Shown here: positions 8,002-16,663 of the stretch, piece by piece
How positions within the stretch are numbered: the first letter of the stretch is position 1
Layout: the number at the start of each line of letters is the position of its first letter
Source: Candidatus Sericytochromatia bacterium
GTDB taxonomy: Bacteria > Cyanobacteriota > Sericytochromatia > S15B-MN24 > JAQBPE01
Length of the DNA: 64,000 nt
NCBI GenBank assembly: GCA_040400605.1
Contig: JBBAPZ010000004.1
Location: 80,821-144,820, forward strand
Direction of reading: 5' to 3'
Program-made: the position numbers and the translations under genes
Notes under the pieces: model-generated
What the model was told of the DNA's origin: nothing
The model's database searches: none
The model's input: the letters and a program-made list of their open reading frames with translations, nothing else

Positions 8002-10578
8002 GTGCCGCAACCAAACGAGGCCACCCATCCAGAACATCGGCTCATCGCGAATCTTGGGGAGCAGCTGCCGTTGACGGTTGTCGGCGCAAAGGCGTGGCAT
8101 CTGTCGCGGCTTCATGGCTTGGGGCTGCCAACCCCGCGGGGTTTCGTGTTGACCATTCCGTTTTGCCACCGTTTACAGGATGCCGGTGCCAGTGACGCAA
8201 CGCTTGCGTGGGACGCGGTCAAACTAGCAGTGGAACGTTTACAGGATCGGCTGGGCAGGCGTTTGGAGGATCCACATCGACCCTTGTTGTTGGCCATTCG
8301 CCAGAGCGCTGCGACGACTTCTGCGTCCACGTTGGAGACGGTATTGAATCTGGGCGTATCTGAACGGACGATTATCGCGCTTGGGAGGCGTTTGCGTGAT
8401 TCGCGGGCGGCGTGGGATGCGTACCGCCGTTTTGTTTTTGACTGGGCGCGAACGGTTGGTCACCTGGACCCCGACACTCTGGATTCAATGATGTGGCAAG
8501 CCAGAGCGGAACACGGGGTGACCGATGACGCGCAATTGGGACCAAGCGCTTTGCAAGAGATTGTCACGCGTGCGATCGCCCTCCTGAAAGCCTATCCGGA
8601 TTCCGCCATTCCTGAGTCCCCTTGGGCGCAATTGAGAACGCTTGTGCACCATTTGTTGTCATCGCCGCCGTTTGAGCACTTACCCCGCGCACTGATCATT
8701 CAAGAAGCGATACTCGGCAATCTGTCCGTGCACTCCGGGTGTGGTCTGGCCTTTACCCGTCACCCGACATCCGGCGTGACGGGTCTTGTTGGCGAATTCG
8801 TGGAGAGAGCACAGGGCGCTAGCGGCTCGGCCGGTCTGATTGCGCCTGCCACGCTCGCCATCTTGAAGCAACAGCAGCCGAAGGTCTATCGCAAACTGGC
8901 ACTCGCAGCCCGTCGAATGGAACAGGCGACGCGGGATGCAGTTGAAATGGATTTTATGGTTGAATGCGGACGGTTGTATTTTCTGAATTACCGAATCGCC
9001 AAACGCAGCTTCACGGCTGCTGTTCAGATGGCCGTCAGCCTGGTCCGTGAGGGGTTGATCGATACTGGATCCGCTCTTATGCGCATTGATAGCCGTCAGG
9101 TGCGACAACTATTGTTTGAACATGTTGATGCCGCGGATGCCGCAGCGCCGATTGCCCACGGCATCGGCACCTCCCCCGGCGCGGTAAACGGAGTGGTTGC
9201 ATTCGATATCGCAACTGCAAAACGTTTTCATAAAAAAAGGTTGCAGCCGATTCTCGTGTGCCAGGCCATCAATTGCGATGCCATCGCCAATCTTTCCTGC
9301 CTTAACGGAATTTTAACCGCCAGAGGGGGAATGAGCAGTCACGCCGCGGTTGTCGCCAGAAACGTTGGTATACCCTGTGTGTCTGGTTGCAGGGAGCTGC
9401 AAGGCGATCCGAACCACGAAAACACGAGCTTAGGGGCCACCCGGTTGCGTACGGGCGATCGCATCGCCATCGATGGGCATTCCGGTCAGGTTTACCTGGG
9501 CCATCAACCCATTCTTCCCTGCGAGATGGCCCCTTGGCTATCACCCATGCTGGCGTGGGCGGATGACGTCCGGCGCTTGAGCATCTATGCCAATGTGGAT
9601 ACCATTACAGAGCTTCAGCACGCCCTCGCTTGGGGCGCGGCGGGCGTCGGTCTTTGTCGCAGCGAGCGATTTTTCATGCGTCCGGAGGTATTGCCGCAGT
9701 TTCGCGATTTGCTGAATCAGCCAGATACCCTTGAAAATGAATGTAATCTGGAATGGCTGTTACCGCTTATGCGTAGCGAATTTGATACGATGTTTCGCTT
9801 GCTGGATGGCCGAATGATGACTTTGCGGTTGATGGATTGCGGCATTGAGAACTTTTTGGACCCGCACGGTGTGACGGAGGTAATTCCCAACGAACACACC
9901 ACCATTGAACGCTGGCACGAAACGAATCCGGTATTGGGGCTTCGTGGCTGTCGCATCGGTATTCGCTATCCCGCTTTGTACCGGGTACAGGTGCGGGCTT
10001 TTTTTGAGTCCATCCAGCACTGCCTGGCGAAGGGCGTTCCTGTTCAACCGGCGCTTTTGATTCCAATGGTCAGTACCGAGCAGGAGCTTCTAACAATCAA
10101 GCACCTGATTGAGCAAGTGGCAGACACCCTGCAGGACGCAACTGGCGATCGCCCCCCCTACGAACTCGGCATCATGATCGAAACCCCACGTGCCGCCCTG
10201 GCTTTTCCAGCATGGCGCCCGCATCTGCAATTTGCCGCATTTGGCACCAATGACCTGACCCAGTTGACATTCGGCTTCAGCCGCGATGATGCCGAAAATG
10301 TTTTCTTGCCGGCCTATCTCAAGCAAGGAATCCTCTCAACCAATCCTTTTGTGACAATGGATCAGCCCGGGGTCGGCGCCCTCATCCGCTTGGCTCTCCG
10401 TGATGACCATCAACAAAACGGGCAACCTATCCGCTACACCCTGTGCGGTGAACACGCCAGCGACCCCGATGCCATCCGCTTCGTGCACGCGCTTGGCATC
10501 GACGCAATCAGCTGCAGCCCCTCCAATCTTCCTGGCGCGCGAGTCGCAGCCGCTCAAGCAGCACTCATTCTCTCGTGA
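8002..10578 (+). CDS. ppdK: Pyruvate, phosphate dikinase-like protein (divergent N-terminal ATP-grasp domain)
   Basis: GGMSSHAAVVAR phospho-His motif; GLCRSE, NPVLGLRGCR, MIETPRAA, FGTNDLTQ..GFSRDD, CGEH motifs; 858 aa. Confidence 0.8.
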   Translation: MPQPNEATHPEHRLIANLGEQLPLTVVGAKAWHLSRLHGLGLPTPRGFVLTIPFCHRLQDAGASDATLAWDAVKLAVERLQDRLGRRLEDPHRPLLLAIRQSAATTSASTLETVLNLGVSERTIIALGRRLRDSRAAWDAYRRFVFDWARTVGHLDPDTLDSMMWQARAEHGVTDDAQLGPSALQEIVTRAIALLKAYPDSAIPESPWAQLRTLVHHLLSSPPFEHLPRALIIQEAILGNLSVHSGCGLAFTRHPTSGVTGLVGEFVERAQGASGSAGLIAPATLAILKQQQPKVYRKLALAARRMEQATRDAVEMDFMVECGRLYFLNYRIAKRSFTAAVQMAVSLVREGLIDTGSALMRIDSRQVRQLLFEHVDAADAAAPIAHGIGTSPGAVNGVVAFDIATAKRFHKKRLQPILVCQAINCDAIANLSCLNGILTARGGMSSHAAVVARNVGIPCVSGCRELQGDPNHENTSLGATRLRTGDRIAIDGHSGQVYLGHQPILPCEMAPWLSPMLAWADDVRRLSIYANVDTITELQHALAWGAAGVGLCRSERFFMRPEVLPQFRDLLNQPDTLENECNLEWLLPLMRSEFDTMFRLLDGRMMTLRLMDCGIENFLDPHGVTEVIPNEHTTIERWHETNPVLGLRGCRIGIRYPALYRVQVRAFFESIQHCLAKGVPVQPALLIPMVSTEQELLTIKHLIEQVADTLQDATGDRPPYELGIMIETPRAALAFPAWRPHLQFAAFGTNDLTQLTFGFSRDDAENVFLPAYLKQGILSTNPFVTMDQPGVGALIRLALRDDHQQNGQPIRYTLCGEHASDPDAIRFVHALGIDAISCSPSNLPGARVAAAQAALILS

Positions 10579-10587
10579 CCTACTACG

Positions 10588-11526
10588 TTACAACCAGGCA
10601 CCGTCTTCGCGCAAAGCCGCTTTTCCAGCACGCAATGCCTGCTCCAACCGGTCTTTACCGATGTCCTCGACGCTCAACGCCGCCTCGATAGGACCAAACA
10701 CCTGCGCGTACCACCGTTGAGAACGCACGCACGCTGGCCAGTCAGACAAATCATCCCACTCGCCATCATTCAAACCAATCAGGAAACGCACATAAAAGGG
10801 ATCCAAGTCCGCATATTCAAACATTGCGATACGCCAATCATCGCCCAGACCAGTATCAAACAAGACTTCGCCATTCGCTAAAACATCCACATCGCCATAG
10901 ATGTCGTAGCGCAGCACCAGTTCCTGCGCTTCACGCATCAAAGCGGCATAATGACGCTCACCAGCCTCAGACAACACATAACACGCCCGCTTGACATCGA
11001 TGTCTAACCAATGATCGCGCTCAGCCGCCGCAATCACTTCCATCAAATCCGGATCATCGCGCGTCACATCAATGACATAACCTTTTTTTACCTGGTGCAT
11101 CAGCATCATCACGGCAAACCGCATCATCGCCTGCGCCCGCTGCCCATCCGACGACCCCGCCTGCGGCGGTTGTGTCTCCCCCGCTTGCTGTATGAACCAC
11201 TCAACCTCCCGCTGCTCACCAGAAGCAGTCATCATTCGGCCCAACGGGCCATCCGGGTCGATCGCTTCCCCTCGGCATAAAAACGCAACACCCTCCCGGA
11301 TGAAAGTCCCCTCAGCATCCTGGTCGAATATGACACCGCGCAAGGCATCCCAATCGCCTCGGGACTCGGCCGCCACAACACCGACGGCTTCCAGGCGGCC
11401 CTGATCCTGTGCACCCACGACATCAAACACGAAGTCGATCGCACTCCGTGTCGACCATTCATCCCCTACAACAAAGCGCACAGGCTTCGACACCACGGCA
11501 CCGTTCAATACAACCACCTGCTGCAT
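10588..11526 (-). CDS. Hypothetical protein (acidic; possible winged-helix central segment)
   Basis: 312-aa ORF starting 3 nt after the upstream lipoprotein stop; 'CYVLSEAG' wHTH-wing-like motif. Confidence 0.75.
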   Translation of the reverse strand: MQQVVVLNGAVVSKPVRFVVGDEWSTRSAIDFVFDVVGAQDQGRLEAVGVVAAESRGDWDALRGVIFDQDAEGTFIREGVAFLCRGEAIDPDGPLGRMMTASGEQREVEWFIQQAGETQPPQAGSSDGQRAQAMMRFAVMMLMHQVKKGYVIDVTRDDPDLMEVIAAAERDHWLDIDVKRACYVLSEAGERHYAALMREAQELVLRYDIYGDVDVLANGEVLFDTGLGDDWRIAMFEYADLDPFYVRFLIGLNDGEWDDLSDWPACVRSQRWYAQVFGPIEAALSVEDIGKDRLEQALRAGKAALREDGAWL

Positions 11527-11529
11527 CCG

Positions 11530-12522
11530 TTACCGCCTTCTTCGTCCGCCAAAACCACCGAAACTGCGCCTTCCACCCCAACTACCCGACGAGCTGCCAC
11601 TGCTGCTTCGACGCCCAAACCACGACCCTGACGAACGCTCGGAAGACCCCGCAGAACCGCCATCAGAGCGACGCCTGCTCGACCACGTATCCGACGATCG
11701 CTCGGAACCACCAAACCCACTGCCGTCGGAGCGGCGTGAACCCCACGCCCCTCCCGTTGTTCCACCCGTACCGCCCCACTCACGGCGCTTGCCGGATGTC
11801 TGCGACGCACTCTGACCAAACCCGCGCTGGCTTTGATAGCCTTCGCCCGTGCCACGCAACTTGAAGCGCGAACTGAAAGACTGATTGCTTTTAACTTGGT
11901 TCTGATAGCCGGGCGTCGACCGATAGGAATCACGCCACGACTGCAAGGACCGATGACTCGCGTAGGGTGTGTGGTAATGGCCACCCCAATTGCTCATGAT
12001 CGACCCCAGCATCATGCCCATCATAAATGAACCCACGCCGCTGCTGTGGGAACCCGCGTAATAAGGCACCCCGGCACCGTCACTGACCCGGTAGGGCACC
12101 TGGCCGTTTGCTGCTTGCCCCGTTTGTTCAATGGCAAACAGGCGATCATCACCCTTTTGAAACCCCGCTTGCTGGTTTTTGTCGATATAGCCCACCACCG
12201 TCACAACGTTGTCGTTGCGCGCAGCATCAATCGAGACAACCTCTTTCCCTTCGTAAATTTCATTGACCCGTTTCTCAAACGCAGCCATCGCCGTATTCAT
12301 ATCACGGCCCTGCGTTTCCCAAAAAGCCTGGCGCACGGCATCAAGGTTGATGCGCTGGGCTGCACCTGCCACTTGCGCCGTCTGATACCGTTCAGAACTT
12401 GAACCCAGACTTTTCTCCAGTGCGGCGTCATCATTCAACCGCGCTTCTTGCTGGTTCGAGCAGCCGGCCAGATTCGCTGCAACAACCAGCGCCGCCATAC
12501 ATACACTTGTCCAAGTTTTCAT
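11530..12522 (-). CDS. Lipoprotein with Gly/Ser/Arg-rich C-terminal tail
   Basis: RBS GGAGGGAG then ATG 12522; lipobox LAGC; hydrophobic GSFMMGMMLG segment; low-complexity tail. Confidence 0.8.
   Translation of the reverse strand: MKTWTSVCMAALVVAANLAGCSNQQEARLNDDAALEKSLGSSSERYQTAQVAGAAQRINLDAVRQAFWETQGRDMNTAMAAFEKRVNEIYEGKEVVSIDAARNDNVVTVVGYIDKNQQAGFQKGDDRLFAIEQTGQAANGQVPYRVSDGAGVPYYAGSHSSGVGSFMMGMMLGSIMSNWGGHYHTPYASHRSLQSWRDSYRSTPGYQNQVKSNQSFSSRFKLRGTGEGYQSQRGFGQSASQTSGKRREWGGTGGTTGGAWGSRRSDGSGFGGSERSSDTWSSRRRSDGGSAGSSERSSGSWFGRRSSSGSSSGSWGGRRSFGGFGGRRRR
11625..11750 (-). repeat. Imperfect 63-nt (21-aa) tandem repeat in lipoprotein tail
   Basis: gacgaacgctcggaa (11630) vs gacgatcgctcggaa (11693); gccatcagagcgacgc (11659) vs gccgtcggagcggcgt (11722); protein W-S-RR-SDG..G.SERSS twice. 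Confidence 0.7.
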
Positions 12523-12744
12523 GGCTGTCTCCCTCCACGTCTTTGTGTGATCTTGAACCCGTTTCTGTACGCCACGAGCGCAAGCTCCGGTTCGATTATA
12601 CCCCAAAAGTGCCGGACACGGATGGTGGCTGCATCGGGGAATCGGCAAAGTGAACGCTCCCGTCAGCGCTCTCAAGCAGCGATGACCACGTGATGCCGCT
12701 ACCCGCAAATGAGGGCAGACCGTCAAGGCCCAACACACGCGCGT

Positions 12745-13716
12745 TCAGCCATCAACGAATCTTTTTGGCAATTGCATCGTTTCAATTGACCGGTGCAACA
12801 CAATCGTGCGACGGACGGGGTGCTCTCCCAGCTTTCGAAACAGCTGTCGGCCGCCGTCATGCGATGCTTCCGTCACCAAATCCACGGCCTGGAGACCTTG
12901 CGCAGCCGCGTAATGCAAGGCCTGTTGAAGCAAGATAAAACCTGCGCCGCTTTGTCGTTTTTGCGGGATGACACCCAATTCGAAGATGCGCCCTATTGGC
13001 GCTGATCTATTTTCAATCATCTCTTCCGTTTTCAGCACCGTTGAAAATCCAATGAGCACGTCGTTTTCGAAAAGCAGAAAACAGCCTTCAGGGTCAAAAT
13101 TGGCACGATGATTCCAGTCGGTCAACTCTTTGACCGTTAACTCTGAAAAATTCCAGAGCTTCGAAAAACACTCATTGAACAGCTTGATAAAAGCTGTTTC
13201 GTCCACACCGACCGCGAAATGGCGGATGCCTTGTTCCGGTGGCAAGACAGGGGGTGCGAAGTCGGTACCGGACAGGTTGACGCGGGTTTTTTCAAACGTG
13301 CAGACGGCCTCGAATCCCTGCCGGGTTAAAAATGCCATACTGCGCGTGCTCGATTCAGGTATGGCGATTGAGACGCGGCCAGCGCCCCATTCGCGTGCCG
13401 TCGTGCAGGCGTGCGTGAGAAGCAAGGCGCCAATGCCTGCACTGCGGATGTCTGGTCGGACATGAAGGCTGTCGAGATCGACACGACCAGTGCGCAGCAG
13501 GTGCTCATCGGTGTAGAGGTGGTAAAAACCGACCACTTCGAGTTGCTCGTTTTCAGCCACGACGATGCGGGATTGGGCGGGTTGCCCTTCGCCATAAAAG
13601 TCGCAGCGAAAACGGTCGACGGTCATGGCATAGAAATCAGGGCTGATGGAAACCGATGCGTTGCGGATATCGGCGATCGCCGCGATGTCACGCAATGTGA
13701 ATTCGCGTAGACGCAT
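12745..13716 (-). CDS. Tandem-domain GNAT acetyltransferase (MshD-like architecture)
   Basis: Two GNAT motif-A copies (HVRPDIRSAGIG; GVIPQKRQSGAG); RBS GAGGAG before ATG 13716. Confidence 0.8.
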   Translation of the reverse strand: MRLREFTLRDIAAIADIRNASVSISPDFYAMTVDRFRCDFYGEGQPAQSRIVVAENEQLEVVGFYHLYTDEHLLRTGRVDLDSLHVRPDIRSAGIGALLLTHACTTAREWGAGRVSIAIPESSTRSMAFLTRQGFEAVCTFEKTRVNLSGTDFAPPVLPPEQGIRHFAVGVDETAFIKLFNECFSKLWNFSELTVKELTDWNHRANFDPEGCFLLFENDVLIGFSTVLKTEEMIENRSAPIGRIFELGVIPQKRQSGAGFILLQQALHYAAAQGLQAVDLVTEASHDGGRQLFRKLGEHPVRRTIVLHRSIETMQLPKRFVDG

Positions 13717-13777
13717 AAACTCTCTCCTCGCTGCTTGACTGTACGGTGTCATGATACCAGAGAGCTTGCCTCAAACC

Positions 13778-13786
13778 TGCTAAAAT
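13778..13786 (+). promoter_or_regulatory. Putative extended -10 promoter (TGCTAAAAT) of hydA-radA
   Basis: TGn-TAAAAT about 44 nt before the GTG start. Confidence 0.45.
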
Positions 13787-13829
13787 AATCACGCGTAGGC
13801 CATGGAACCGAACTTTTGGGGATATAGCG

Positions 13830-15230
13830 GTGCGACTCTTAATACGACATGGGCGGATCATCACCGCAACGGATGACTACTTCGCAGACATCTTATGCGA
13901 TCAAGGGCGTATCGTGGCCATCGGGCGCGACCTGGATGTCGCGAATGCGCGGGTTATTGATGCTGGCGGACGATGGGTCATTCCAGGAGGTGTCGATCCC
14001 CACACCCACTTCGACATGCCTTTCGGCGGCACCTACAGCGCGGATGATTTTGAATCCGGCACCATTGCGGCCGCCTTTGGCGGCACGACCACCATTATCG
14101 ACTTTGCCGTTCAGCAGCGTGGTCAGTCGATGCTGGCCGCGCTCGATGCCTGGCACCAGAAAGCCCACGCGAAAGCCGTGATTGATTATGGCTTTCATAT
14201 GGTCGTGACCGACATGCCGGATGGTCGCACAAAGGAGTTGAGTCAACTGGCGGATGCCGGTGTCACCAGCTACAAGCTTTTCATGGCCTATCCCGGTGTT
14301 TTGTATTCGGATGACGCGCAGATTTTTCGCGCCATGCGGCAGGCCGGTCAGGATGGCACGATGGTTTGTATGCACGCGGAGAACGGCATTGTGATCGAAG
14401 AGTTGATCAATCAGGCCCTGCAAGCCGGTCATACGGCGCCACGGTATCACGCGTTGACCCGACCGACACGCATGGAGGGCGAAGGGGTTTACCGCGCGCT
14501 GGCGATCGCTGAAGTGGCACAGGTTCCTGTCTACATTGTGCACCTGTCGAGCGCCGATGCGCTTGAGGAGGTGCGTCGTGGCCGTGACCGCGGTGTTGAT
14601 GCTTATGCTGAAACCTGTCCGCAATATCTGTTTCTGGACGAAACAGCCTATGATGCGCCTGGTTTTGAGGGTGCAAAGTATGTCATGACGCCGCCTTTGC
14701 GGCACCATGCGAATCAGGCGCATTTGTGGCGTGGTCTTCGTTTGGGTGATCTGCACGCCGTCGCCACCGACCATTGCCCCTTTTGTTTCAGTGGGCAAAA
14801 AGAGTTGGGACTCAATAATTTCGCCAAGATTCCGAATGGTGCACCCGGCGTTGAAAGTCGTCTGGCCCTGCTCTATGAGGGGGGCGTCAAACAAGGGCGC
14901 CTCAGTCCGAACCAGTTTGTCCAATTTACCTCAACCGCCGCAGCCAAGCTGTTTGGACTGTTTCCACGCAAGGGCACGATTGCACCTGGTTCGGATGCGG
15001 ACATCGTGATTTTCAACCCCAATCGCCCCGAACGCATCAGTGTCGACAACCCGCGTACCCACCATATGCGGGTTGATTACAACACGTTCGAAGGCTTCCA
15101 GGTGTCTGGTTATCCTGACGTCGTCATTGCCGGCGGCGAAGTGATTGTGGAAAACCACGAGTTTAAGGGCAGGCCGGGTGCGGGACGCTTTTTAAAGCGG
15201 GCTCGCTACAACGGTTTGTTGCGTGATTGA
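13830..15230 (+). CDS. hydA: Dihydropyrimidinase / D-hydantoinase
   Basis: PGGVDPHTH, YKLFMAY (carboxylated Lys), MHAENG, VHLS, TDHCPF, IPNGAPG motifs. Confidence 0.93.
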   Translation: MRLLIRHGRIITATDDYFADILCDQGRIVAIGRDLDVANARVIDAGGRWVIPGGVDPHTHFDMPFGGTYSADDFESGTIAAAFGGTTTIIDFAVQQRGQSMLAALDAWHQKAHAKAVIDYGFHMVVTDMPDGRTKELSQLADAGVTSYKLFMAYPGVLYSDDAQIFRAMRQAGQDGTMVCMHAENGIVIEELINQALQAGHTAPRYHALTRPTRMEGEGVYRALAIAEVAQVPVYIVHLSSADALEEVRRGRDRGVDAYAETCPQYLFLDETAYDAPGFEGAKYVMTPPLRHHANQAHLWRGLRLGDLHAVATDHCPFCFSGQKELGLNNFAKIPNGAPGVESRLALLYEGGVKQGRLSPNQFVQFTSTAAAKLFGLFPRKGTIAPGSDADIVIFNPNRPERISVDNPRTHHMRVDYNTFEGFQVSGYPDVVIAGGEVIVENHEFKGRPGAGRFLKRARYNGLLRD

Positions 15231-16645
15231 TCGACGTGGCACGCGCCAAGGTTAAATTTGTCTGTGATGCTTGCGGTGCCGAACAGGCGCGCTGGTTCGG
15301 GAAGTGTCCGGATTGCGCGGCGTGGAACACACTGGTTGAGACCCCGTTGGTTGCTGCTACCAGGTCGGTGACTTCTGCCGGCGTTTTGACTGCGCACACC
15401 AGACCCGAACGAATGGCGGACGTTGCGCTGCAAGAAGAGGCGCGGGTGGCGACTGGTTTGTCTGAATTGGATCGCGTTCTCGGTGGCGGGGTGGTGGCGG
15501 GTTCGTTGATTTTATTGGGTGGTGATCCAGGCATTGGCAAATCCACCTTGCTGCTGCAAGTCTCGCATCGTTTGGCGTGTCAGGGCCAGCAGGTGCTGTA
15601 TGCGTCCGGGGAAGAGTCTGCCCGGCAGGTGCGCATGCGTGCGCAACGTTTGGGGCTTGAACATCCCAATTTATGGGTTCAGGCTGAGACCGATTTGCAA
15701 CAGGTTGCCGCCGCGATTCAATCCTTGAAACCCGATTTTGCCGTAGTGGATTCCATTCAGGCGATCGCGGATCCCGACACGTCAGCCTTGCCCGGGTCTG
15801 TCAGTCAGGTTCGTGCGGCGACCGGAACGTTTTTGCGGCTGGCCAAAGAAGCGAATGTCGCGATTTGCCTGGTTGGTCACGTGACCAAAGAGGGGACGCT
15901 GGCGGGCCCCCGGACCTTGGAGCATATGGTGGATACGGTGTTGTATTTTGAGGGCGATCGCTACAAGGCCCACCGTATGGTCCGCTGCGTCAAAAATCGC
16001 TTTGGCGCCACTCAGGAAGTGGGCATCTTCGAGATGGCGGCAGATGGTCTCAATGAGGTTTGCAACCCATCCGAGCTGTTTCTGGCCGAACGCAGTGTCG
16101 AAGCCAGCGGTTCTGCCATTGTCGCCACGATGGAAGGCACACGACCCTTGCTCCTCGAAATTCAGGCATTGGTCGGTCCTTCAGCGCTGTCGCAACCAAG
16201 ACGCCTTGCAACAGGGGTTGATCACAACCGCCTGGTTCAGATTCTGGCGGTGCTTGAAAAACGGGTCGGCCTCAGCCTTGGGAAAATGGACGCCTACCTT
16301 AACGTGGTGGGTGGACTTGCGATCGACGAACCCGCTGCCGATTTGGCGATCGCCTTGGCAGTCGCCTCAAGCCTCCGTGACAAACCCCTCGCCCACCACC
16401 TGGTCGCTATCGGTGAGATTGGACTCAACGGCGAGATCCGGGCCGTTTCAGGGCTTGAAGCCCGCTTGAAAGAAGCGGCCAAACTCGGCTTCACGACGGC
16501 GATCGTCCCGGACCACCATCTGGCTCGACTCAACTTGCCACCACAAATGAAAATCCACAGCGTCAATCGCCTGATGGAAGCCATTCTGATTGCCGTCGGC
16601 GCACAGCCTATCGCCCCTTCGGGAAACGTGTCGGGCCCTGATTGA
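15227..16645 (+). CDS. radA: DNA repair protein RadA/Sms
   Basis: CxxC..W.GKCPxC zinc finger, GDPGIGKST Walker A, KNRFG motif, Lon-like C-terminus. Confidence 0.97.
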   Translation: MIDVARAKVKFVCDACGAEQARWFGKCPDCAAWNTLVETPLVAATRSVTSAGVLTAHTRPERMADVALQEEARVATGLSELDRVLGGGVVAGSLILLGGDPGIGKSTLLLQVSHRLACQGQQVLYASGEESARQVRMRAQRLGLEHPNLWVQAETDLQQVAAAIQSLKPDFAVVDSIQAIADPDTSALPGSVSQVRAATGTFLRLAKEANVAICLVGHVTKEGTLAGPRTLEHMVDTVLYFEGDRYKAHRMVRCVKNRFGATQEVGIFEMAADGLNEVCNPSELFLAERSVEASGSAIVATMEGTRPLLLEIQALVGPSALSQPRRLATGVDHNRLVQILAVLEKRVGLSLGKMDAYLNVVGGLAIDEPAADLAIALAVASSLRDKPLAHHLVAIGEIGLNGEIRAVSGLEARLKEAAKLGFTTAIVPDHHLARLNLPPQMKIHSVNRLMEAILIAVGAQPIAPSGNVSGPD

Positions 16646-16663
16646 AGGCTGCGCCACCAGCTT

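Noticed and set aside
12523..12738. N-terminal extension of the 402-aa ORF (also the extensions of hemE, hemD, nfu and the kinase in the ORF track)
   Set aside because: Better starts with RBS or family-typical N-termini lie downstream
13893..14924. 343-aa antisense ORF within hydA (likewise 26637-27530, 31273-32187, 41612-42469, 49343-50050)
   Set aside because: Shadow ORFs opposite well-supported genes; no motifs; expected at this GC content
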